Below, piece after piece: positions 45,386-52,621 of a stretch of 64,000 bases of DNA (positions within the stretch are counted from its first letter, which is position 1; each line of letters starts with the position of its first letter). Below the pieces are notes generated by a model. The model was not told the origin of the DNA and searched no databases. It saw only the letters and a list, made by a program, of their open reading frames with translations. The stretch is from a virus. Where the stretch lies: positions 1 through 64,000 of the IMG/VR virus record IMGVR_UViG_3300033183_000491, one strand, 5' to 3'. The position numbers and the translations under genes are program-made.

Positions 45386-45750
45386 TGAAAATTACAGAAA
45401 CAAAATTAAGAAATTTAATAAGGAAAGTTATCTTAGAAAATAACATGACTTATTTAGAATTTGGTCAAAATCTAATTGAAGGTGAACCTATTGATAGAAT
45501 AAATCCCGGTTATGGTTTATATCTTGTAACTGGTGAAGACTTTTATGAAGAAACTGTTGGTGGAAGAGTTATCGAAAAATTTGATGTTTATGTTTGCGAA
45601 GGACCATATAAACAGATTGATGAACTTGAAGTAAGAAAGTATGACGATAGTTCATTATTAAAATTGAGGAATAATTTAGTTTTTGTAAAACAATCAGATA
45701 AAGAATATCGCATCCCAGTTTCAGAAGCTAAAACACCTGAATTTGATTAA
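45385..45750 (+). CDS. leader-family protein (MKITE type)
   Basis: MKITETKLRNLIRKVILEN leader. Confidence 0.65.
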   Translation: MKITETKLRNLIRKVILENNMTYLEFGQNLIEGEPIDRINPGYGLYLVTGEDFYEETVGGRVIEKFDVYVCEGPYKQIDELEVRKYDDSSLLKLRNNLVFVKQSDKEYRIPVSEAKTPEFD

Positions 45751-45790
45751 AAACATATTTAAAAACATATTTAAAAACATATTTAAAAAT
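45749..45790 (+). repeat. 12-nt tandem repeat AAAAACATATTT x3 plus a partial copy
   Basis: Three perfect units at 45749-45784, followed by aaaaat. Sits between the stop of 45385-45750 and the SD of 45811-46209. Confidence 0.85.
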
Positions 45791-45810
45791 AATCTTAAAG
45801 GAAAATTAAA

Positions 45811-46209
45811 ATGAAAATTACAGAAAGACGTTTACGCTCAATTATTAAGAACATTATTAAAGAACAAAGCGATATAAATCCTCGTGGCGCCCGTGCAGCA
45901 GGACCAGATCTTCAACAAAAGTATTCTGTAGATCTTATTAACACTCTTAGACAATGTAACACACTCTCAGATATTCATGCCCTAATGAAAAAAGACGGAT
46001 TTAGCGAAGAAGATTTCGAAGATGAAAGAAGTAATTCATACCAATATTTTTGGTTTTTATATATATCAGTATGTCAAACTTTAGAGGATTTACAACGCGA
46101 AGGTTATAAAGTAGGATTTGTTATGAAACTTGATCAATGGCCTTGGTATACAGCAGATGCAAAGGAACCTTCTTCAGGAGAAGATTATTGTGCAATCTTG
46201 TTAAAATAA
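45811..46209 (+). CDS. leader-family protein (MKITE type)
   Basis: MKITERRLRSIIKNIIKEQ leader, paralogous to 1671-2015. Confidence 0.65.
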   Translation: MKITERRLRSIIKNIIKEQSDINPRGARAAGPDLQQKYSVDLINTLRQCNTLSDIHALMKKDGFSEEDFEDERSNSYQYFWFLYISVCQTLEDLQREGYKVGFVMKLDQWPWYTADAKEPSSGEDYCAILLK

Positions 46210-46240
46210 TTAATCAAACTTGTTAAAATAATTAATCAAA
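46197..46240. repeat. perfect 22-bp tandem duplication at a convergent gene junction
   Basis: cttgttaaaataattaatcaaa x2. Copy 1 holds the last codons and stop of 45811-46209. Copy 2 holds the stop and last codons of dnaE-C. Confidence 0.85.
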
Positions 46241-47308
46241 AGCATTAATCTTTTTAAGCTTAGCAAGATTTGAAGACATACCCCACCCTACATCATTCTT
46301 CACGTCAGCAAGCCAAGTACTAAACTCAATATCATCATCAAGATTACCCCATACTCTTAACCAACCACTACGATTATCTGAATCGACACATTTCCAACGC
46401 ATAAATGCTTTACCATTTTTTGTTGTTTTTCTAATAACTTCAGTCACGGTAAACCATCCGATTCCACGATCACCTGGATTAATATCAAAAACACTACTAA
46501 TTTGCTTCTGTTTTAACTTTTTAAGAAGACTAGGTGGAAACAATAAGTCATCATTTGCGTCGTTACTGAGTTCAAAATAATTTTTAATTTTTTCTGATCT
46601 TTTCCAGTCAGACACAATTTTATATTTTGATAATAAATCTTCGACGATAGGTGTTAATTCCTCACCTTTTTTAAGGGCGCGTTTAATAGCTGTCTTAGTC
46701 ATTCCAAATCTTCCCTTTTTAAGTAATACATAGTTATCGAGAATTAAATCATGGAGTTGCTTATGATTATCAAGTTTATCGTCTTTAAATTCACTGAGAG
46801 ATTTAAATGCTTCCATCTTTGTTAGGGATGAAAAAGCTGTTTTATTCATCTTTGAATGCTTCCATTCTCCTTCTTCATTATAAAATAGATCTTCTAAATT
46901 ATTGTATGGTCTATTTGCAAATATTTCTTCAACAGCTTTATCACCTACTCCTTTAAGAGACGTTAAAGGTGGAACAAAAGCTTTCAAATCTTCAGAATAT
47001 TCCCATTCTGAACCAGAGTGATTTACATCAATTGCTGAAATGTCATATCCTAATGCTTTTATTTCAGCAATAACTTTTGACATACCTTTAGGGCTGCCAT
47101 TTTCAGATTGTAAAACTGTTGCTAACCATTCTGTTTCGTAGTGTGTGTGTAACCATGCAGCGTAATAAGAATCAATTGCATATGAAACAGCGTGAGAGTT
47201 AGATTGCAAAATACCATTACTTAAGTAATATTGATGATCATGATGTGAAACTTCTAGATCATACGTTTGTTGCTTACCAGTAAATTCAATTGATAAAATA
47301 CGAGGCAT
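46232..47308 (-). CDS. dnaE: DNA polymerase III alpha, C-terminal fragment preceded by a split-intein C-piece
   Basis: Int-C: MPRILSIEFTGKQQTYDLEVSHHDHQYYLSNGILQSN, followed by the +1 Ser. Extein: SHAVSYAIDSYYAAWLHTHY, completing the GFNK|SHA..Y motif. Confidence 0.85.
   Translation of the reverse strand: MPRILSIEFTGKQQTYDLEVSHHDHQYYLSNGILQSNSHAVSYAIDSYYAAWLHTHYETEWLATVLQSENGSPKGMSKVIAEIKALGYDISAIDVNHSGSEWEYSEDLKAFVPPLTSLKGVGDKAVEEIFANRPYNNLEDLFYNEEGEWKHSKMNKTAFSSLTKMEAFKSLSEFKDDKLDNHKQLHDLILDNYVLLKKGRFGMTKTAIKRALKKGEELTPIVEDLLSKYKIVSDWKRSEKIKNYFELSNDANDDLLFPPSLLKKLKQKQISSVFDINPGDRGIGWFTVTEVIRKTTKNGKAFMRWKCVDSDNRSGWLRVWGNLDDDIEFSTWLADVKNDVGWGMSSNLAKLKKINAFD
47198..47308 (-). other. split intein C-fragment (37 aa)
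   Basis: Block F/G pattern TYDLEV..HHDHQYYLSNGILQSN|S. Compare Npu DnaE Int-C, VYDIGVERDHNFALKNGFIASN|C. Confidence 0.8.
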
Positions 47309-47330
47309 TATAAACCTTTCTTTTTAATTT

Positions 47331-47359
47331 ATTGTACATAATTAATTTTTTGTTTACAC
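47331..47359 (-). promoter_or_regulatory. GTGTAAAT-class promoter candidate driving the Int-C/dnaE-C fragment
   Basis: Minus strand: TATGTGTAAACAAAAAATTAATTATGTACAATAAATT. The -35 overlaps the endonuclease stop codon. Confidence 0.55.
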
Positions 47360-48340
47360 ATAAGACTTTCCAAATAACCATAATCCTCTTGTTTTATTAA
47401 GAATAATACTTTCTATTTTGTCTAATGTTTCTTTATTAAACGTACCATTTTCTTTATATTCATATTCATCATGAGAAATCCTAATTACAGTCCAACCTTC
47501 TTCTATTAAGACTTCATTTAATTCTTTGTCTTTTTTTGTAACTTCACTAAGATTTCCTTTTTTCTTAAACACGTCTTTAAAATGATGTATACCGTCAAAT
47601 TCAATAACTATTTTATTTTCTAATGACATAATATCAATCTGTCTAGTGTTTGTCTTAGTTGATAAAAACTTTCCTGTTCTTTTAAGTGTTTGATTTCTTT
47701 TAAAAGTATTAGGAAAGTTTTTATCAACAATGTTAAATAAATCACCTTCAGGTTTAGACTGCCAAGATTTATGCATAACTGAGGTGCATTTTTTATAAAA
47801 TTCTCCCGGGTTATTCTTTCGCCATTCTGCAAGTCTATTTGATCTTTCTTTTTGGATATCTTTCCTACTTGAAGTTTTTTTAGCAGTCCTCGAAGATCTT
47901 TCTCTAAATTCTTGCGTTTTGTTTAAATTAGAAAGATTTTTTCTTCTTGATTCTCTAGCAAACTCTGAATTCATAATTCCTTTAGAAATAGATTTTCCTA
48001 ATTTTTCAATGTATTCTGAAAGATCCTCGCCTTTTTCTTTTTTTCTAGATATCCATGCTCCGTTTTTCTTTCCTGACATTGAATATTTATTTTTAGATTT
48101 TTCACACATCGCTAAGCCATATTTTAATTCATATTCTTCTTTACTTAAATTATGATTTTTAATATGTAATTTTATATTTTTTCTTACAAATCCACAAATT
48201 TGACATTTTACATAATCAATATTTTCTTTGTAATTTTCTAATATAAATTTACATTTTTCTTGATGGCTTTTTAATGTCGATTCTTTTATATAAGATTTTC
48301 CACACACACAATCGAAAGATCTTCTTGAATTATCAACCAT
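47354..48340 (-). CDS. free-standing homing-endonuclease-like protein (C2H2 Zn fingers + Vsr/DUF559-like nuclease)
   Basis: N-terminus CVCGKSYIKESTLKSHQEKC and CQICGF..HIKNH. C-terminus VIEFDGIHHF..KDKELNEVLIEEGWTVIRISHDEY. Overlaps the Int-N 3' end by 55 nt. Confidence 0.7.
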   Translation of the reverse strand: MVDNSRRSFDCVCGKSYIKESTLKSHQEKCKFILENYKENIDYVKCQICGFVRKNIKLHIKNHNLSKEEYELKYGLAMCEKSKNKYSMSGKKNGAWISRKKEKGEDLSEYIEKLGKSISKGIMNSEFARESRRKNLSNLNKTQEFRERSSRTAKKTSSRKDIQKERSNRLAEWRKNNPGEFYKKCTSVMHKSWQSKPEGDLFNIVDKNFPNTFKRNQTLKRTGKFLSTKTNTRQIDIMSLENKIVIEFDGIHHFKDVFKKKGNLSEVTKKDKELNEVLIEEGWTVIRISHDEYEYKENGTFNKETLDKIESIILNKTRGLWLFGKSYV

Positions 48341-51081
48341 AATGGAAGCATCCTTCCATCTTCAACTCTAAACTTGTGATGCATTGTACATTCAACACTT
48401 TTATCATTTTCCAGCGTAATCTTGAATGTTGGAACTTCTCCATGATCATGGTTTGCCAAAACCTGTGTAAATATATCTTCCTTTTTTTCTTCATCTCTTG
48501 ACTTAACGTAAACTCCAGGGACAACATCTTTAATCTCTTTCGTAGATAAATAATTTCCTTCGTGATCATAAGTATCTATTAAAGTATTAAATAGTAAACT
48601 TTTATTGAAGCCGTAAACAGCGAAACCTTCTATCTCTTCCCAAAGTTTTCTTGATATGTGTTCAGGAACATCATTAATTTCTTTTGCGCCTTTAATAAAC
48701 TTTTCTCTTGCAATTGTTTTTTCATCTTTTTTATTTCCCATAGTTGCAAGATTGTTTTTAACAAGTGTTTTTCTTAACTTGTCAGCTTCACCAGGGTCAA
48801 AACCAGATAGTTTTTGTGCAAGAAGCATAAATTGCTCTTGAAAAACAACATAAGAGAAAGTTGGTCCTAAAACTTCTTCAATAATTGGATGGTCATATTT
48901 AATCTGGTCAGCATTTTGTTTAGATTTAACATATTTCTTGTGAACGTTAGCTTTAAGAGGTCCTGGTCGATAAATTGCTGTAAGTGCAGCTAGTTCTTCA
49001 ATATTCTCTGGTTTTGCTTCTAGAGAGAAGTTTCTTGCGCCAGAATTTGTAAATTGAAATATTCCTACAAATCTTCCATCGTGATATACATGTTTCCAAA
49101 CCTCTTGATCATTTTGGTCGTGAAATCTACAGTTAAGATGTTTGTCAAAAAATTCTTTTGCATCTGAAAAAGTTGGGTTTTTATTGCCTTGTTTTTTCAA
49201 GATTTTATAGATACAATTTTCAATGTCTTTTAGTAATGATAACCCCAAGAAATCAAACTTAATAAATCCATTATCTTCTAGATTTCTAAAGTTTAATCCT
49301 TCTGACCAAGGAGTTTGTAATTCGCCACGAACACCGACAATAGGCATTGTTGTTTCTAAATGTTCTGGATCAGCTACAAGAACTCCTCCTGCGTGACGTC
49401 CAATTGCTCTATTTTGCATAAACAAAGAAGCAATATGCGTTTCTACTTCAGGATACCTTTCCATAAAGTCTTTATATTCAGACGAATATTTTTTACAATC
49501 TTCATGTTTAAGAACAAACACAGATTTTTCTTGATCATCACCTTTAGCCATTTTCATGACTTGTTCTTGAAGAGGTCCAGTAACTTTATTAACTTCATCA
49601 AAAGGAATATCGTAAAATTTTGAAATATCTTTAACTAGAGATTTAAGTTTAAGAGTATTAAAATTTGAAACAGGAATAACAGCATCATTACCATATAATT
49701 CTTTTGCTGCGTTAATTAATTCATCACGATCACCTGCATCCGTATCAATGTCAGGCCAACTAACTCTATGTCGCCCTAAAAATCTAGCCCAAAGAAGATC
49801 GTATGGCAAAGGATCAACTTGCGTAATACCTAACAAATAATTAACTAAAGATCCCGCACCTGAGCCTCTTCCTGGACCAAGTAATGTTTTCTTTTCAGCA
49901 CGTTTAAATATTTCATACATCGTAATAAAATAAGCTTCATGTCCAAGATATTTTATATCTGAAAGTTCTTCTTTAGCTCTTTCAACATATTCTTTATTCG
50001 TATGAAGATTATGTTCGATAAGAGATTCTTTAACTAAAGAAGACAAATGCTGAAATGGTGTTTTGTTTGGTACGTTAATTGTTGGAAGTTTAACTCCTGT
50101 ATCAATCCATGTATCTTCAAACTCATTCCAAACAATATCGTGAGTTCTATTAATAGCATCACTAACAAGTTGCTCATTACCTTTATAAAAATCATATAAT
50201 GGATATGAATCTAAAAATTCATCCCACATTTGTGATGCATTCTTTGGATATAATTCGCATTTAAGGTCTTCAAACTCAGGTAAAGTAAGATTGTCTCTTT
50301 TACCTAACCATCCAAGTTTTTTATATAGTTCTCTTGCTTGCCATTTTTCATTTGAAGGATAATGCGAATCTGCTGTACAGATAAGTGGAATACCTGTTAA
50401 CTTGTGATGTTCAATAAGATAGTCATTAACAGTATGCTGTTTTTCTAATTTATTAAATTGAAGTTCTAATTTAAAATTATTTTCGCCAACGCAAGAAACA
50501 AATCTATCTGTTAGGTTTAATAATTCTTTTTGAATTTGCTCGCGAGATTGATTATGTACTTCACCTCTTAGAATACGATTACTAAAAAGTCCGCCAAGAC
50601 ATGCGGTTGATATATGTAATCCTTCACCATGTTCTTGAAGCATTTGAAAATCAATACGAGGATATCTATAAAACCCGTATTTATAAGATTTTTTAACTAA
50701 AGTAAATAAATTGTGAAGACCTTTTTGGTTTCTTGCAGTTACGACAAGATGATAGCGTCGTTTCCATTCGTCTTTAAGAATATCTACGTTTTTTGTTTCG
50801 TCTTCGTCCTCGACAACTAAACCACCACTTTCATCATCTGCATCAATGTCAATTTTCTCTTTAGACTTCTTTTCAGCTGCAGCAGCTGTCTTAGCATCTT
50901 GAATAGCTTGTTTATGTGCGGCATAATCTTCTTTCCATTGCTGAAGAGATGGAACAAAATAAAATTCAACACCATAAATTTGTCTAAATTTTCTTCCAGA
51001 CTTTTGCATTCTAACTGCATGAGATCGTGCATGCGCAAGTCCATTACCATTACCATGATCAGTTAATGCCCATGCATCCAT
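48286..51081 (-). CDS. dnaE: DNA polymerase III alpha, N-terminal fragment ending in a split-intein N-piece (ORF as tracked; real start probably 51258)
   Basis: PHP ALTDHGNGNG, GRGSGAGSLVNYLLGITQVDPL, PDIDTD, GRHAGGVLV, FDFLGLSLL, YRPGP and AVYGFNK, then Int-N. Confidence 0.9.
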   Translation of the reverse strand: MDAWALTDHGNGNGLAHARSHAVRMQKSGRKFRQIYGVEFYFVPSLQQWKEDYAAHKQAIQDAKTAAAAEKKSKEKIDIDADDESGGLVVEDEDETKNVDILKDEWKRRYHLVVTARNQKGLHNLFTLVKKSYKYGFYRYPRIDFQMLQEHGEGLHISTACLGGLFSNRILRGEVHNQSREQIQKELLNLTDRFVSCVGENNFKLELQFNKLEKQHTVNDYLIEHHKLTGIPLICTADSHYPSNEKWQARELYKKLGWLGKRDNLTLPEFEDLKCELYPKNASQMWDEFLDSYPLYDFYKGNEQLVSDAINRTHDIVWNEFEDTWIDTGVKLPTINVPNKTPFQHLSSLVKESLIEHNLHTNKEYVERAKEELSDIKYLGHEAYFITMYEIFKRAEKKTLLGPGRGSGAGSLVNYLLGITQVDPLPYDLLWARFLGRHRVSWPDIDTDAGDRDELINAAKELYGNDAVIPVSNFNTLKLKSLVKDISKFYDIPFDEVNKVTGPLQEQVMKMAKGDDQEKSVFVLKHEDCKKYSSEYKDFMERYPEVETHIASLFMQNRAIGRHAGGVLVADPEHLETTMPIVGVRGELQTPWSEGLNFRNLEDNGFIKFDFLGLSLLKDIENCIYKILKKQGNKNPTFSDAKEFFDKHLNCRFHDQNDQEVWKHVYHDGRFVGIFQFTNSGARNFSLEAKPENIEELAALTAIYRPGPLKANVHKKYVKSKQNADQIKYDHPIIEEVLGPTFSYVVFQEQFMLLAQKLSGFDPGEADKLRKTLVKNNLATMGNKKDEKTIAREKFIKGAKEINDVPEHISRKLWEEIEGFAVYGFNKSLLFNTLIDTYDHEGNYLSTKEIKDVVPGVYVKSRDEEKKEDIFTQVLANHDHGEVPTFKITLENDKSVECTMHHKFRVEDGRMLPLWLIIQEDLSIVCVENLI
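48289..48600 (-). other. split intein N-fragment (104 aa, Ser1)
   Basis: SLLFNTLIDT (block A) and ECTMHHKFRVEDGRMLP (block B, TxxH). Compare Npu DnaE Int-N, KDHKFMTVDGQMLP. Confidence 0.8.
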
Positions 51082-51145
51082 ACCTTGAGATTCTGATATT
51101 ACAAAATCAATGTGGTCTGAAGGATATCCTAATCCATCAAATGTA

Positions 51146-51230
51146 GATACCTAGGAGAAGGTTGAATGGGCATGCAAACCAACGAATCTGTCGGGTCTAA
51201 GCATATCAAGTTCAACCTTCTCTAGGTACC
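51146..51230 (-). promoter_or_regulatory. 20-bp inverted repeat (mRNA stem-loop) enclosing the dnaE in-frame TAG
   Basis: Arms are 51146-51166 (gatacctaggagaaggttgaa) and 51211-51230 (ttcaaccttctctaggtacc). One bulge and one G-U; 44-nt loop. GC-rich relative to its surroundings. Confidence 0.8.
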
Positions 51231-51258
51231 TCCTTTCTGTTTTAAATGTATTATTCAT
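51151..51258 (-). CDS. dnaE: 5' segment of dnaE (35 codons) terminated by an in-frame TAG
   Basis: MNNTFKTERRYLEKVELDMLRPDRFVGLHAHSTFS* carries the first PHP motif (HxH). It is in the same frame as 48286-51081. SD AAGGT lies 6 nt upstream and a class promoter lies at 51293-51322. Confidence 0.7.
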   Translation of the reverse strand: MNNTFKTERRYLEKVELDMLRPDRFVGLHAHSTFS

Positions 51259-51292
51259 TATATACCTTTTTAATATGTTTAAATTGTGATTT

Positions 51293-51322
51293 ATTATATC
51301 AATGTAATGTTTATATTTACAC
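51293..51322 (-). promoter_or_regulatory. GTGTAAAT-class promoter candidate upstream of dnaE
   Basis: Minus strand: TATGTGTAAATATAAACATTACATTGATATAATAAATC. Confidence 0.6.
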
Positions 51323-51359
51323 ATAAAAGATATAATAAGGTTTAACTAATAAAAAATTT

Positions 51360-52553
51360 TTATAGACTTGCTTCATCATTTAAAAGTTTAAAAGTTCTTT
51401 GTTCATTGAATCTCATTACTTTACCATATTTGAGACGCATACTTTCTACACAACTTATTATATTATTTGGACTCTGTGCGTCTTCACTATATCTATTAAA
51501 AAACTCTATTAAAGCATCTAAAGATTTAAATCCTCCTCCAAGACCCCAGTAACATTCGCCTGCAAACCACATTCTTGCTCTATTTGGCATCCATCTATTT
51601 TTAATACACAGATTAATCTCTCTATCAAGACTTTCTAAACCTGTGTTTCCATTAAACAATTGTTCTTTTGTGAAAACAGGGTCAAATAGGTTATTAGTAA
51701 GATTATTTATAGATTCTTTATCAAGTACTTTATTACAAATTGATTTTGTTTCTTCACAAAGACTTATATTTTTAGATCTTATTTTATTAATACAAATTTC
51801 TCTAAAAGCCAATTGTCGTAATATAGGGACATGTTTATTTTCTTTGGTTAACCCTAACGAAGTTTGAGATAAAATTATGTGTATTAATTCTCGACTATCT
51901 ATTACTCCATGATGTAGATACTTAGAAATCTTTGTACTTCCATTTCTACTATTTCTAGTATTAGAATAATTCTCAACAACACTCTTTAAAGAAGATAAAT
52001 GATCTTTTAAAATTAATCCAAAGTTTTGAGCCATTTCAAAATTAACATAGTATTTTTCTCCAAAAGGTTTATAAAAAGAAAAATCTTTTTCTTTAATAAA
52101 AACTTTATCTTTTGACAATCTATTTCGATCCCAAAAAATCCATCTACTCTTTGCAGACATTTTCTCACATTCAGGAATATAAGAATCATTGTCTATTTCT
52201 AATACATTAACGTTTTTAGAGAAATTAATTTTTTTACTGAAAAGTGGTTTGTCATATAAAACTGTATCAACTTTATTTTCTATACAGAAATCTTCTATTT
52301 CTTTTTCTGGATTTTTTGTCTTAAGAATATAAAGACTTTGTCCATATTTTTTTTCTAGTTTATATGCAAAATAGTTTATTGTTTCTTTGAAAAAAGAAGA
52401 GCCAAATTCAGTATATAATTTCTTTGCATTTGAATCGTAATACCAGTTAGAAACATATACTATAGATATTTCTTTATACGTAGAAAAAGCAAATTTAATC
52501 ATAAGACTATTTAATCTAAAACTATGATCTAATACAATTAAACATTTAGACAT
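51360..52553 (-). CDS. photolyase/cryptochrome-family protein (divergent)
   Basis: LRQLAFREICINK (WREF-like), NGNTGLESLDREINLCIKNRWMPNRARMWFAGE (the tG.p.vDa..l...G.mHNRxRM pattern), and a Rossmann-like N-terminal alpha/beta region. Confidence 0.65.
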   Translation of the reverse strand: MSKCLIVLDHSFRLNSLMIKFAFSTYKEISIVYVSNWYYDSNAKKLYTEFGSSFFKETINYFAYKLEKKYGQSLYILKTKNPEKEIEDFCIENKVDTVLYDKPLFSKKINFSKNVNVLEIDNDSYIPECEKMSAKSRWIFWDRNRLSKDKVFIKEKDFSFYKPFGEKYYVNFEMAQNFGLILKDHLSSLKSVVENYSNTRNSRNGSTKISKYLHHGVIDSRELIHIILSQTSLGLTKENKHVPILRQLAFREICINKIRSKNISLCEETKSICNKVLDKESINNLTNNLFDPVFTKEQLFNGNTGLESLDREINLCIKNRWMPNRARMWFAGECYWGLGGGFKSLDALIEFFNRYSEDAQSPNNIISCVESMRLKYGKVMRFNEQRTFKLLNDEASL

Positions 52554-52573
52554 AATAATCCTTTTTTTGTTTT

Positions 52574-52603
52574 ATTATATTGAATTAATATTTATATTTA
52601 CAC
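52574..52603 (-). promoter_or_regulatory. GTGTAAAT-class promoter candidate upstream of 51360-52553
   Basis: Minus strand: TTTGTGTAAATATAAATATTAATTCAATATAATAAAAC. Confidence 0.6.
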
Positions 52604-52621
52604 AAATAAAAAAGGATTATT

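Larger units (their letters stand above)
47198..48600 (-). mobile_element. fractured-gene cassette: Int-N, free-standing endonuclease gene, own promoter, Int-C
   Basis: Intein halves flank a Vsr/DUF559-like endonuclease ORF inside dnaE, at the conserved GFNK/SHA site. Confidence 0.75.

Noticed and set aside
51151-51153. Genome-wide reassignment of TAG (code 15-like recoding) as the explanation for the in-frame stop in dnaE.
   Set aside because: TAG ends the well-delimited gene 14692-15753, which is followed by the uvdE promoter. No other long gene in the window is interrupted by TAG. A local event or an error is more likely than a changed code. A phage suppressor tRNA encoded elsewhere cannot be excluded.
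51146-51236. The AvrII (CCTAGG), KpnI (GGTACC) and SphI (GCATGC) sites clustered around the dnaE hairpin could be a sign of an engineered or cloning-derived insert.
   Set aside because: The sites are by-products of the inverted repeat and of codons for conserved PHP residues. The flanking sequence is native coding sequence in frame, and no vector-like sequence is present.
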